Shown piece after piece: positions 1-9,364 of a DNA stretch of 64,000 nucleotides. Position numbers and translations under genes: made by a program. Source of the stretch: Candidatus Wolfebacteria bacterium (lineage in GTDB: Bacteria > Patescibacteriota > Minisyncoccia > UBA6257 > UBA9933); assembly GCA_024654025.1 (NCBI GenBank), contig JANLIR010000007.1:421-64420 (forward strand). The letters run 5' to 3'. How positions within the stretch are numbered: position 1 is the first letter of the stretch; every line of letters begins with the position of its first letter. The notes beneath the pieces were generated by a model. It was given only the letters and a program-made list of their open reading frames with translations. It had not been told where the DNA came from and searched no databases.

Positions 1-1311
1 CCGGAGGTTAACACTGCGAAATGTCTGGTATGTAAGGGGTTGTTTATGCCTCGGTACGATGAAGAGTACATTAAGCATCTTTTGAACAGAAACTATTTTA
101 CGCCGCGGCAGTATTTTGACGAGATTCGCTGGGGCGCCAAAAGAAAGCGGTACCCGTACGGCAGCGGTGTTTTTATGTGGTTGGACTTTATTTTACCGGA
201 TTTTCCGACTGAGTTTGTAGTATCTCTTCGGGAGGGGCAGACTGATATGTTCGAGGCTCCTGATTGGCTCAAAAAGGAAATCGGCCTTAAGAATCTTTTC
301 ATCAAGCTGGAGGGGCAAAATCCTTCCGGGAGTTTTAAAGACCGGGGAATGCCTATGGCTATTTCCTGGGCGCGGTTTCAACAAGAGGTGTTTCCCGAGC
401 TCGGCATAGTCGGAGTAGCTTGCGCTTCAACCGGAGATACTTCGGCCTCGGCTGCCCAGTACGCGAGTTATTGCCGCGACAAACTTTTGTGCGTGATTTT
501 CGTTCCGCACGGAAAGATTAGTCCGGAGCAACTCGCACAGGCCACGATGTCCGGCGCTATGGTTATAGCGGTGGACCATCCTACGAATCCGGGTTTTGAT
601 TCCTGCATGAAAATAGTGCAGGAGTTTAATGCCAGATTTCCGAAATTCGCGATGGTCAATTCGGCTAACATACTTCGGGTTGTTGGGCAACAAAGTATTG
701 CGGTTGAGATAAACCAGGATTTCGGCTGGGATTCGCCGGATTGGATCGCTATTCCCGCGGGAAATGGAGGGAATCTTACGGCGTTGATGCTTTCTCTGCT
801 ACGGCAGAAAGAGCATGGTTTGATTGATCGTGTTCCGGGTGTCATAGCCGGGCAGACAGCAAATTCGGATCCTTTGGTGCGCTGGGCAGATTCCGGATTT
901 ACGAAATATGAACCGCTTAAGAAACCGCCGATATCTATTGCTTCGGCAATGGATATCCAAGACCCCGTGTCTTTTCCAAGAATCAACCTTCTACTCAAGG
1001 ATTTTTTGAAAGAGTCTGTTTCAGGAATTCATTTTTTTAAGTCTGACAATCTGGAGATAAACCGGACTCGGGCGCGATTCAACCGAGCTGGCGCGGATGT
1101 GTGTCCGCAGGGAGCGGTAGCAATTCATGCCACGCTCCAGGCAAGAGACAAGGGGATTGTGAAAGAAAATGACCGAGTGGTTGCAATAAGCACAGCGTCT
1201 TCATTGAAGTTCACCGAGTCGGCGATGAAGTATCATATGCTTGTAAATCCGTTTCGCGTGGCAACAACTGGCACGGTGGAGGAGATTGCGAAAATCCTCA
1301 ATCTGACATAA
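1..1311 (+). CDS. thrC: Threonine synthase (PLP-dependent), 5'-truncated by the window edge
   Basis: EGQNPSGSFKDRG PLP-lysine motif, CASTGDT, PAGNGGN. The frame is open from position 1 (..KCLVCKGLF), so the true start lies upstream. Confidence 0.88.
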   Translation, partial: PEVNTAKCLVCKGLFMPRYDEEYIKHLLNRNYFTPRQYFDEIRWGAKRKRYPYGSGVFMWLDFILPDFPTEFVVSLREGQTDMFEAPDWLKKEIGLKNLFIKLEGQNPSGSFKDRGMPMAISWARFQQEVFPELGIVGVACASTGDTSASAAQYASYCRDKLLCVIFVPHGKISPEQLAQATMSGAMVIAVDHPTNPGFDSCMKIVQEFNARFPKFAMVNSANILRVVGQQSIAVEINQDFGWDSPDWIAIPAGNGGNLTALMLSLLRQKEHGLIDRVPGVIAGQTANSDPLVRWADSGFTKYEPLKKPPISIASAMDIQDPVSFPRINLLLKDFLKESVSGIHFFKSDNLEINRTRARFNRAGADVCPQGAVAIHATLQARDKGIVKENDRVVAISTASSLKFTESAMKYHMLVNPFRVATTGTVEEIAKILNLT

Positions 1312-1364
1312 TTTGATTTGAACGTTCTTTATTAGTTGGGCGTTTTGCCGTTAGGCAGAAAGCC

Positions 1365-1395
1365 ATTGCCGCCTGGAGCGATTCAGGCGGCATTT
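1365..1395 (+). terminator. Probable intrinsic terminator after thrC
   Basis: tgccgcctg/caggcggca hairpin followed by tttt. Confidence 0.5.
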
Positions 1396-1550
1396 TGCTA
1401 TAATAGAGAGTGAGGTTGCGCATTTTTCTACCAATGAAGGTTTTAAGGCTAAAAATCAAAACAAAAACAAATTAAAAATACTTTTCGGAATTGGCGGGGA
1501 AACACAATAATTTTACAGATTCGCGTTGACCGCGATCTGCTTCTAACGGT

Positions 1551-1754
1551 ATGAATGGGCAAAAAAGGGAAGACGTAAAAATCGGTTCAAGGGTAGAGGT
1601 TGTGGCGAAGGCGGATCAAAAAACCGGAATACTCACTTACGGAATAGTGGCGGAGATTTTGACGAACTCTAATTTTCATCCGCATGGGATTAAAGTACGC
1701 TTAGAAGACGGACAAGTCGGCCGGGTGCAAAACATTATGCCGTCAAAGGGTTAA
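1551..1754 (+). CDS. YwbE family (DUF2196) protein
   Basis: K.DQ.TG.LT.G.V..ILTNS..HPHGIKVRL.DGQVGRV pattern. Confidence 0.85.
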   Translation: MNGQKREDVKIGSRVEVVAKADQKTGILTYGIVAEILTNSNFHPHGIKVRLEDGQVGRVQNIMPSKG

Positions 1755-1859
1755 CTATTTTATAGAGGAGGGGGGTTGAAAATATAAATTTATAAGCTAT
1801 AATAAGACGGTACTAATATATGGAAACAAAGTCGAGTTTCTAACTATAAAAACAATTAA

Positions 1860-2066
1860 ATGAACGGAACTATAAAAAGCCTTCCTGAAGGAAAAAGTTT
1901 TGGATTTATTTCTCGCGAAGGCGAAGAAAAAGATTTATTTTTTCATTCCTCCGAGTTGGTTGGCGTGACGTTTGAAGATTTGAAGCTTGGCGATGCCGTC
2001 ACCTTTGAAGTCGTTGATGGCGAAGGCGGAAAAGGCCCGGCCGCCACAAAAGTATCACGCGTTTAA
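1860..2066 (+). CDS. csp: Cold-shock domain protein
   Basis: KSFGFI (RNP1), DLFFHSS (RNP2), KGPAA; 68 aa. Confidence 0.92.
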   Translation: MNGTIKSLPEGKSFGFISREGEEKDLFFHSSELVGVTFEDLKLGDAVTFEVVDGEGGKGPAATKVSRV

Positions 2067-2079
2067 CTAAACGCCCCAA

Positions 2080-2110
2080 AAAAACCGCCCTCCTATTGAG
2101 GGCGGTTTTT
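2080..2110 (+). terminator. Intrinsic terminator after csp
   Basis: aaaaaccgccctc / gagggcggttttt perfect inverted repeat. Confidence 0.8.
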
Positions 2111-2170
2111 GTCTATAATTAGAATTAGCCGGTTGATAATCTTTCTGATAACCCCCCCGATAACTTCTCA

Positions 2171-2782
2171 ATGAAAATAAGCAAAAAAGAAATTGTAGCG
2201 GTTATTTTTCTGGCGATATTTCTCGCGCTGGCTTTTTTTACAACCAGATATTATTCCGATTTGGTCAGGGAAGCTACCGATAAAACCGGTATTTGGGGCG
2301 CGTTGCTTTATGTGGCGATAACCGTATTGGCCGTGGTGGTTGCGCCTATCAGCACTTTGCCTTTGGTGATTGTCGCGGTTTCAGCTTGGGGGCATTTTAT
2401 CGCGGCGGTTTTAAGCATTATCGCCTGGACATCAGGCGCGGTTATTGCTTTTGTTTTGGCTAGAGTTTTCGGCCGGCCGTTGGTGGCTAGATTGGTAAAT
2501 TTGGAAAGAGTCCGGGCAATTGAAAATAAAATTCCGCAGAAGAATTTTTTTTGGAGTGTCGTTTTTTTACGCATGGTTTTGCCGGTTGATATTTTGAGCT
2601 ACGGTCTCGGCCTGTTTTCAAACATGAAATTTTTGCCTTATTTCACCTCAACCATTATCGGCGTTATTCCTTTTGCCTTTATTTTTTCTTATTCGACCAA
2701 ACTACCAATTTTTTACCAAGTTTTGGTTATCGGTTTAGCGTTTGTTATTGCCGCCCTGGGTTTTGTAAAATCGCAACGTTAA
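2171..2782 (+). CDS. TVP38/TMEM64 (VTT/DedA) family membrane protein
   Basis: GAVIAFVLARVFGRP, FLRMVLPVDILSYGLGL; multiple TM segments. Confidence 0.8.
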   Translation: MKISKKEIVAVIFLAIFLALAFFTTRYYSDLVREATDKTGIWGALLYVAITVLAVVVAPISTLPLVIVAVSAWGHFIAAVLSIIAWTSGAVIAFVLARVFGRPLVARLVNLERVRAIENKIPQKNFFWSVVFLRMVLPVDILSYGLGLFSNMKFLPYFTSTIIGVIPFAFIFSYSTKLPIFYQVLVIGLAFVIAALGFVKSQR

Positions 2783-2844
2783 CTATTGGCTGGAATGGGC
2801 GGGAAAGCCGAAGTTCTACTACGGGGTGTGTTATAATACTTGGG

Positions 2845-3369
2845 ATGGAAATAAAACAGCGATTAGGCAGAAAAACTTTTTGGATTTTTGTTTTATCGAA
2901 TTCCAAAGCGGCTTTCGCTTTTCTTTTAGTCACAATAGTTTTAATTGTCAGCCGGGGGTATGTCGGAAACAACTTCACGGATATTTTGAATTACAGCATT
3001 ATTGTGGCTGGAGTTATTTTTACCAACGCTCTTTTATTGAGCATTGTTGTTTCGTGGTTGGTATATATTAACTACACGTTTTCCATAACGGAAAACGCTT
3101 TTAAAGTGAGGGAGGGGATTTTTAATAAAAAAGAAACCGCCATTCCTTACAGGCAAATACAGAGCGTTGATCTTCGCCAGGATGTTGTTGCCCAAATTAT
3201 CGGCGTAAGTAAGCTTGTGGTGCTTACGGCCGGGCACGACGATAACGATAAAACAGGCGAGGCAGAAATTGATTTTCCGGTGATAGACACGGAGTTTGCT
3301 CAAAATATACAAACAGAATTGTTAAAGCGCTCCCAAACGGAAAAAATCGTTATTCAAAAAGCAGAATGA
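2845..3369 (+). CDS. Membrane protein with bacterial PH (bPH_2) domain
   Basis: Two TM helices, then GIFNKKETAIPYRQIQSVDLRQ...GVSKLVVLTAG. Confidence 0.75.
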   Translation: MEIKQRLGRKTFWIFVLSNSKAAFAFLLVTIVLIVSRGYVGNNFTDILNYSIIVAGVIFTNALLLSIVVSWLVYINYTFSITENAFKVREGIFNKKETAIPYRQIQSVDLRQDVVAQIIGVSKLVVLTAGHDDNDKTGEAEIDFPVIDTEFAQNIQTELLKRSQTEKIVIQKAE

Positions 3370-3460
3370 AATGAAAAAACTTGTAATAATAGGGGCGATT
3401 CTAGGATCTTTAGCGGGTATTTGGATCGCGTATAAAATAGCTGAAAGGATTTAAAAATAT

Positions 3461-3724
3461 ATGAATAATCATATGAACAATCACGGTTTTGTAGGAATAA
3501 TTGTTATTGTTATTACGGTGGCGATAATCGCGCTTTTATTTGTTAAGTATGCAGGCGTTTTTGTTAATAATCCGGGAAATTCCGCCATCTCAACAGAACC
3601 TTCAGGATCTTTTTTAGCTCCGATTGATTATGCCCGGCAGGCGGCTTCTTCGGCTGATGAGTACGGCCAAAATATACAAAAAGTTTTTGACCAGGCGAAA
3701 AAAGCCGGCCAAGCGCAACAATAA
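3461..3724 (+). CDS. Hypothetical membrane protein with pilin-like N-terminus
   Basis: HGFVGIIVIV hydrophobic N-terminus; no Glu at +5. Confidence 0.55.
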   Translation: MNNHMNNHGFVGIIVIVITVAIIALLFVKYAGVFVNNPGNSAISTEPSGSFLAPIDYARQAASSADEYGQNIQKVFDQAKKAGQAQQ

Positions 3725-3823
3725 TTTTAACATGATTTATTATCTCGCGAGGTTTGATTGACAAAATATTATAAAAGTGCTATTTCTAGCTTAGTATTTA
3801 TTTCAATAGAAAGGAGCAAGAAC

Positions 3824-4180
3824 GTGTCGACAAAAAATACCAGGTCGGGTGGAAAATACGGCGGTGGCCATACGACCATGATTCCTGCCGCGATTATCGT
3901 AGCCGATATTGTTGAAAGACAGCCAGAGGTTTCGCGGATTTCTCCCGGTATTTTGAAAGCCGGACTTAAGTCTGCCAACGGACAAAGGCGAGTTAAAATC
4001 TCAGATTGGGAAGGAGGAATTCTTCTTTCGGTTCGGGACAACACAACTCACCAGGAGGTAAGAGTTTACACGAGCAATTCTCACGTTACAAAGCTGGCGA
4101 TAGCCCGCGGAGCCAGAAACGCCGGCCTGCACATTTCTTTTGGGAATTTGCGGGAATTTAGTAGCAGACTGATAAAATAA
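3824..4180 (+). CDS. Probable DUF2103 family protein
   Basis: GGGHTT.I, ISPGI, QEVRVY motifs. GTG start at 3824 is preceded by AAGGAG (3811-3816). Confidence 0.6.
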   Translation: MSTKNTRSGGKYGGGHTTMIPAAIIVADIVERQPEVSRISPGILKAGLKSANGQRRVKISDWEGGILLSVRDNTTHQEVRVYTSNSHVTKLAIARGARNAGLHISFGNLREFSSRLIK

Positions 4181-4218
4181 GCTAATTGGAAAAAATATTT
4201 CGGAGAAAGGGGACTGAA

Positions 4219-4896
4219 ATGAAGGCTTTTACTGTTGAGGAGGACGGGCGTTTGTGGAGGCTTTCGCGATTTGGGCTTCGAACAATGGCTGGAAACCACG
4301 TTTACGAAGGTATTGATGTGTGGAAAGAAACTGAGGATGCTGGCTATAGAAAGATAAAAGAAGTAGGTCCGTATCTTTTTCGTCTGACAGTTTGCGGCAC
4401 GCCGAAAGTTTTGCCTGTTCTTGACGAGGAGATAGTGCGAATTGTCCACGAACAGGAAATTATGTCTTCGAAGGAATCGATTGTGGAAGATATTGATTTT
4501 CAATACGATGAAAATGGTTGCGCAAAGACAATAATTGCTCCTTCTCGCTGTAGTGACGATATCGTGGTTTACTGGAGGTTGGGAAGGATATACAACAGTC
4601 TTATCGAGAGCGAAAATTCTTCCATAGCCGTCGTGTTGAATAATGTCAGAATTATAGCTTTGGGATATGATTGGGACTTCTACGGTTCGTCGACTGGATA
4701 CTATCCAAGGATTCTCGTTCAACTTGAACCCGGAGGAGAAGTTATTGTGCCAATAACGTATAGATGGAGATTCGCAACACGTTTCCATACGCGGATTTTC
4801 TATGACGCCGAGACGAAGCGAATCGTATTGGACAGCGAGAAAAGTGTTCAAAGATCGGCGTTCGCGGAAAATATAGGGAAGGTCATTTCTCTCTGA
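4219..4896 (+). CDS. Hypothetical protein
   Basis: Long ORF; ATG 4219 preceded by AAGGGGA; no recognisable motif. Confidence 0.6.
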   Translation: MKAFTVEEDGRLWRLSRFGLRTMAGNHVYEGIDVWKETEDAGYRKIKEVGPYLFRLTVCGTPKVLPVLDEEIVRIVHEQEIMSSKESIVEDIDFQYDENGCAKTIIAPSRCSDDIVVYWRLGRIYNSLIESENSSIAVVLNNVRIIALGYDWDFYGSSTGYYPRILVQLEPGGEVIVPITYRWRFATRFHTRIFYDAETKRIVLDSEKSVQRSAFAENIGKVISL

Positions 4897-5049
4897 ATAA
4901 TTCCATGTGTAATTTGTAGGGGGCAGCCATTTGGTTTGCCCCTCATTTTTTTGACAATGCATAAGAATTTTGGCAGGATAAGGGCAGTATTTCGGCTTAA
5001 TTTAATAAGGCAGAATTGATTACAAATTTAAGAATAAAAGGGGAAAGCC

Positions 5050-5286
5050 ATGCCGTGTGAAAAATGCGAGATTATTTTTCGCAGTCGTAAGTCGGCTCCG
5101 TTCATTCCTTTTAACGGCAGGAAAAGAGATGATTTGTACGAATGTATTGGCTGTAAACAAATCTGGTGGCAGTATGATTTGGTTTGGCATTGCTGGACTA
5201 CGTTGAATGCGCGGCAGGTGGAAATCACGCAGAGAAAAATTAAAGCGCAAGAAAGAAAACCCATAAATCGAGTAAGAACATATTAG
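5050..5286 (+). CDS. Hypothetical protein, CxxC...CxxC putative zinc finger
   Basis: CEKC and CIGC; purine-rich site before ATG. Confidence 0.5.
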   Translation: MPCEKCEIIFRSRKSAPFIPFNGRKRDDLYECIGCKQIWWQYDLVWHCWTTLNARQVEITQRKIKAQERKPINRVRTY

Positions 5287-5304
5287 GAGAGAGGGGGTGT
5301 TGAA

Positions 5305-5634
5305 ATGGGTGAGAGCAAAGACCAGTGGTTTTTAGAAACCGATGCGTTTACAAACGAATCAGTCGCTGATTTTTTAGCGAGCGAAGGAGTCGCGGCTGAA
5401 AGTACAGCTCAGTTCAAGGACAAGAAAGGAAGAATAAGACATGTCTGGAACGTGCCGTATCGGATAATTACCTTGCTCAAAAATTCGGAAAAGACGTTTC
5501 CGTTCAAGTACCGCGTTTTTGTCCGGTCCGGAGGACGCGCTATCAGGCCGTTTACGCTTCACAGAAAGAAAAAGACCTCGGTTCATTCCCGGCGGGCGCA
5601 AGAGTGGCTTCGGGAAATCGGAGCAAGGAAGTAA
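5305..5634 (+). CDS. Hypothetical protein
   Basis: 109-aa ORF with AGGAGAGAGGGGG upstream. Confidence 0.6.
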   Translation: MGESKDQWFLETDAFTNESVADFLASEGVAAESTAQFKDKKGRIRHVWNVPYRIITLLKNSEKTFPFKYRVFVRSGGRAIRPFTLHRKKKTSVHSRRAQEWLREIGARK

Positions 5635-5646
5635 AAGGAGGACGCG

Positions 5647-5853
5647 ATGGGAAACGAGCTTAATAAACACCAGAAAGAAGCGTTGTCGGCTTTACGGGAA
5701 TTGGGAGGAACCGCAACTACGCGGCAGATTGCCGAGAAGGTAAAACGGAGCGTAAACGGAGTTTCTCAAACTCTCGGCGCGCTTTGGCTGGCTGTGAATT
5801 GTCTCGGCGGCAAAGGCGGAGAAAACAAGTGGAGATTGTGGAAAGAGATATAG
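5647..5853 (+). CDS. Small winged-helix DNA-binding protein
   Basis: LSALRELGGTATTRQIAEKVKRSVNGVSQTL helix-turn-helix pattern; AAGGAGG at 5635-5641. Confidence 0.6.
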   Translation: MGNELNKHQKEALSALRELGGTATTRQIAEKVKRSVNGVSQTLGALWLAVNCLGGKGGENKWRLWKEI

Positions 5854-5882
5854 GAAGTAGGCGAATCTGTTTTATCGTAACT

Positions 5883-5913
5883 GCCGCATGGCGCAAACCA
5901 TGCGGCGTTTTTT
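5883..5913 (+). terminator. Intrinsic terminator
   Basis: gccgcatgg/ccatgcggc stem plus T-run. Confidence 0.7.
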
Positions 5914-5931
5914 TATAATAGCGCCGTTTTT

Positions 5932-6510
5932 ATGTTAAAATTAATTATGCCTAAATATTTAAAAGTTTTAATATTAATTGTTGGGGCGGCTATTGCCGGT
6001 GGCGTGTTGGTTTATTCGGTTTATTTTAATTTGCCAAGATCAGAAGCGCCTAATGGAAAAAATGACAATCCGGTTTTTTGCACAATGGAAGCGAAGTTGT
6101 GCCCTGACGGGTCTTATGTGGGAAGAACAGGGCCGAAATGTGAATTTACGCTTTGTCCGAATTTCAAGGTAAAGTCCACTTCTACTTTGGAATTGCCGGG
6201 ATTTTTAAAAGGGAACATAACTATAGGGCCGATTTGTCCGGTTGAACGAATTGATAATCCTTGCAAGCCGACTCCGGAAATGTACGCTGCCAGAAAAATT
6301 TTTGTGTATAACCAAACTAAAACTTTGCTGGTGAAAGAAATAACTCCCGGTCCGGACGGCAGTTATAAAGCTGATTTGGCGCCCGGCGTTTATATTGTTG
6401 ATGTGGCGCATTTTGGCATTGGTTTTGCGAGAGGAGCGCCGGCGCAAATAAAAATTGAATCCGGTAAAACAATTAAATTAGATATTGATATAGACACGGG
6501 TATTAGGTAA
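5932..6510 (+). CDS. Membrane-anchored protein with CTMEAKLCPDGSYVGR cysteine motif and carboxypeptidase-regulatory-like domain
   Basis: N-terminal TM; Cys motif; GPICPVE...DGSYKADLAPGVY. Confidence 0.7.
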   Translation: MLKLIMPKYLKVLILIVGAAIAGGVLVYSVYFNLPRSEAPNGKNDNPVFCTMEAKLCPDGSYVGRTGPKCEFTLCPNFKVKSTSTLELPGFLKGNITIGPICPVERIDNPCKPTPEMYAARKIFVYNQTKTLLVKEITPGPDGSYKADLAPGVYIVDVAHFGIGFARGAPAQIKIESGKTIKLDIDIDTGIR

Positions 6511-6526
6511 AAATTGGCGCATAATG

Positions 6527-6535
6527 TTATCCACA
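6527..6535. promoter_or_regulatory. Perfect DnaA box TTATCCACA
   Basis: Exact 9-mer, intergenic, upstream of a TATAAT. Confidence 0.5.
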
Positions 6536-6581
6536 TTTTTGGCTTTGAACTTGATGAGAATAGACTTATAATAATAATGAA

Positions 6582-6857
6582 GTGAACAAGAAAATAATAA
6601 TAGGTATTTTGGCTGTTTTAATAGTGGCTGGCTTATTATTGGCCGGCTATTTTTATTGGAAAAAGACGGCCGGTACAAATCAAGCGACAAATCAAGCGCA
6701 GAAATCAACGTCAACTGACCCGATTAAAAACGCGGCGACTCAAGGGGTTTTGCCGTCAATAAATCCGGGCTCTAATCCTTTGGAAAAATCTCCGAATGTT
6801 AATCCTGCTGATAGCGCTAATCCGTTTAAAAACGCAAAAACAAATCCGTTTCAATAA
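6582..6857 (+). CDS. Hypothetical single-TM protein
   Basis: N-terminal TM; NP-rich tail (NPLEK, NPFKN, NPFQ). Confidence 0.65.
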   Translation: MNKKIIIGILAVLIVAGLLLAGYFYWKKTAGTNQATNQAQKSTSTDPIKNAATQGVLPSINPGSNPLEKSPNVNPADSANPFKNAKTNPFQ

Positions 6858-6863
6858 TAAAAA

Positions 6864-8540
6864 ATGAAAATAAGAATTTTAAGCTTATCGGTTTTAGCTT
6901 TCGGGATTATTATTTCCGCGGGCATTATTTTGGATGCGAAAACGTTTGCGCAAGAAAATGCGGGAAATTCCAACGCAGAGGTAAATATTCAGTATCCAAT
7001 TGTGGAATTGGGTAATTGTAAAAATAAAGAGGAGTGTAAAAACTTTTGCGAGAAACCTGAGCATACAAATGCTTGTCTTGCTTTTGCCCAGACAAATAAT
7101 TTGATGAGCAAAGAAGAAATTGCGGCAGCTAAAAAAATGCTTTCAATCGGTAAAGGCCCGGGTGGTTGCACGAGTAAAGATACGTGCGAAGCGTATTGTG
7201 ATAACACTGATCATATAAATGAATGCGTGGCGTTTGCCGAAAAAACAGGGATAATACCACCAAAGGATCTTGAAGAGGCTAAAAAAATAAAAGCGGCGAT
7301 TGATAGCGGTATAAAGCCGCCTCCATGCAAGAGCAAAAAAGAATGCGACAGTTATTGCGGCAGCGGGGCGGATCAGATGGAGCAGTGTATTACATTTGCC
7401 AAGGCAGCTGGTTTTATGAAACCGGAAGAAGAAGCGGACGCGCAGAAAATGATAGCCGCGATGAAAAAAGGAGCTAAGCCGCCGGCTTGTAACGGCAAGG
7501 AAGATTGCGATCAGTATTGTTCTCAGGATACCCATTTTGAAGAGTGTATTAATTTTGCGGAAGTGGCTGGTTTTATTACTTCCGAAGAAGTACAGATGGC
7601 GAGAAAGACCGGAGGAAAAGGTCCGGGAAATTGCCGCGGCAAGGAAGAGTGTGATAGTTTTTGCCAAAAAGATGCGAATATGGAAACTTGCGCGAATTTT
7701 GCTGTTGAGCACGGAATGATGAGCCAGAAAGATCTTGAGATGTTTAAGAAAACCGGAGGCAAGGGTCCGGGCGGATGCAAGAGTAAAGATGAGTGCGACG
7801 CGTTTTGTAATAATTCCGAAAACCGGGAGGCGTGTTTTAGCTTTGGGAAAGAACACGGGCTTATTTCCGAAGAAGATCTTAAAAAAATGGAAGACGGGAA
7901 ACAGAAAATGGTGGAAGGATTTAATCAAGCTCCGCCGGAAGTTGTAAATTGTTTAAAACAAGCATTCGGCGATAATAACTTTGAAAAAATAAAAAGCGGA
8001 GGTTTTATGCCCACTCAAGAGATGGGCGAACATATGCGCGAGTGTTTTGGGAAAATGGGTCCGCCTCCCGGTGATGAAAAACCAGGCGAAGGACCAGGTG
8101 GATGGCCTGATGGAGGGCCGAATAGTTCCGGAACGCCCATGATGGGTCCGGGAAAAGACGATCAGAGCGGCGGCCCGAATATTGATTCATTGCCTTCGCA
8201 GGTTAAAGAATGCATGATTTTAAATTTCGGGGCTAATTTTGAAGAGCGTGTTAAATTAGGGGAAATAAAAGGCGAAGAATTTGGCCAGCAAGTCACAAAA
8301 TGTTTTGTGAATTTCCAGTCGCAACAAGGCGTGCCAATGCAGAATTTTACTATGCCCTCAGGAAGCCAAATGATGCCGCTTCAAATGAATCAGCCCTTGC
8401 CAATTCAACCGCAACAAACATTACCGCCTCCTCCAGCTCCTACTCAACAGCCGCTTCCTTCCGGGTTTGTTCCGGCAAAAATGCTTTTAGGGTTTTTGAT
8501 TGAGGCGTTCGATAATGTTTTTCAAAAAATAGGATTTTAA
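6864..8540 (+). CDS. Secreted cysteine-rich repeat protein
   Basis: Signal peptide; six GPGGC.SK.ECD.YC...C..FA-type repeats; Pro/Gln-rich tail. Confidence 0.8.
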   Translation: MKIRILSLSVLAFGIIISAGIILDAKTFAQENAGNSNAEVNIQYPIVELGNCKNKEECKNFCEKPEHTNACLAFAQTNNLMSKEEIAAAKKMLSIGKGPGGCTSKDTCEAYCDNTDHINECVAFAEKTGIIPPKDLEEAKKIKAAIDSGIKPPPCKSKKECDSYCGSGADQMEQCITFAKAAGFMKPEEEADAQKMIAAMKKGAKPPACNGKEDCDQYCSQDTHFEECINFAEVAGFITSEEVQMARKTGGKGPGNCRGKEECDSFCQKDANMETCANFAVEHGMMSQKDLEMFKKTGGKGPGGCKSKDECDAFCNNSENREACFSFGKEHGLISEEDLKKMEDGKQKMVEGFNQAPPEVVNCLKQAFGDNNFEKIKSGGFMPTQEMGEHMRECFGKMGPPPGDEKPGEGPGGWPDGGPNSSGTPMMGPGKDDQSGGPNIDSLPSQVKECMILNFGANFEERVKLGEIKGEEFGQQVTKCFVNFQSQQGVPMQNFTMPSGSQMMPLQMNQPLPIQPQQTLPPPPAPTQQPLPSGFVPAKMLLGFLIEAFDNVFQKIGF

Positions 8541-8566
8541 TAAGCCGAATAAATCTTTGATAAATT

Positions 8567-9091
8567 ATGGACGGACAGGATGGACAAAAAAAATTTTCAA
8601 CAGGAATTCAGATAGCGGCCGTTGTCGTCGTAATAATTATTTTTGGCGCGCTTTACTATTATTCCAAAAATATGAGTAGCCAGCCAACAGAGCAACCGCA
8701 AAGCGGACAACAGACAACAACTTCATCTCAGCAGGCTTCTTCGACAAATTCGACAAAAACGAAACCGGGCGCCACCACGAAAAAGTCAACCGCGCCTACG
8801 CCCGAACAGTCCGTCACTTACGATCAGGCAATTAATACTTACGGCAGCAAGAGAATTCAGTTTGACCCCAGTTGCGGCGTTATCCCTTCGTATTCTAATT
8901 ATTTAAATAACACGAAAGTCATGTTTGATAATCGGTATGAAAAAGGCAGGTGGTTTTATTTGGACGGCAAGGGGTATTATTTGGAGTCGTACGGATTTAA
9001 AATAGTTACGCTTTACAGCAAAACCTTGCCGCATACGGTAAAAATCGACTGCGGCGCAGGCAAAAACAACGGGCAGATACTTTTGCAGTAA
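8567..9091 (+). CDS. Hypothetical membrane-anchored protein
   Basis: TM, Thr/Ser/Gln linker, C-terminal domain with RIQFDPSC and IDCG. Confidence 0.7.
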   Translation: MDGQDGQKKFSTGIQIAAVVVVIIIFGALYYYSKNMSSQPTEQPQSGQQTTTSSQQASSTNSTKTKPGATTKKSTAPTPEQSVTYDQAINTYGSKRIQFDPSCGVIPSYSNYLNNTKVMFDNRYEKGRWFYLDGKGYYLESYGFKIVTLYSKTLPHTVKIDCGAGKNNGQILLQ

Positions 9092-9193
9092 TTTAAAGCA
9101 AGCAGACAAGTTTTTATTTGTCCCGCGCAAGCGGGATTTATTTTGTAAGAAAACGCTTCTGATTCGTCTAATATTTAGTGGCTAAAAAACCAA

Positions 9194-9329
9194 CCCATTC
9201 GACTGACTCAGGTCTTCGACTCCCTCGGGACTGAGTCCTCGGGACGAACGTCCGAGACTCAGATCTTCTGATTCAGAGAATCATCAGATTCGATGAACTC
9301 GAGGAGGTTGTCCTGAGTTAATTGAAGGA
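9194..9329. repeat. Nested palindromic (REP-like) element of the CTTCGA..CTCAGG family
   Basis: Outer arms ccattcgactgactcagg / cctgagttaattgaagg with internal hairpins; related to 29484-29502, 33032-33055, 36254-36345 and 52243-52284. Confidence 0.6.
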
Positions 9330-9364
9330 CAAAAATGGTCGTAAAATAATTAAAAAAAATAAAC

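Noticed and set aside
4081-4962. 293-aa minus-strand ORF
   Set aside because: Antisense shadow of 4219-4896, which has an SD-like site and matches the orientation of its neighbours.
7143-7928. 261-aa minus-strand ORF and the many other short antisense ORFs in the track
   Set aside because: They overlap well-supported genes on the opposite strand and have no recognisable motifs.
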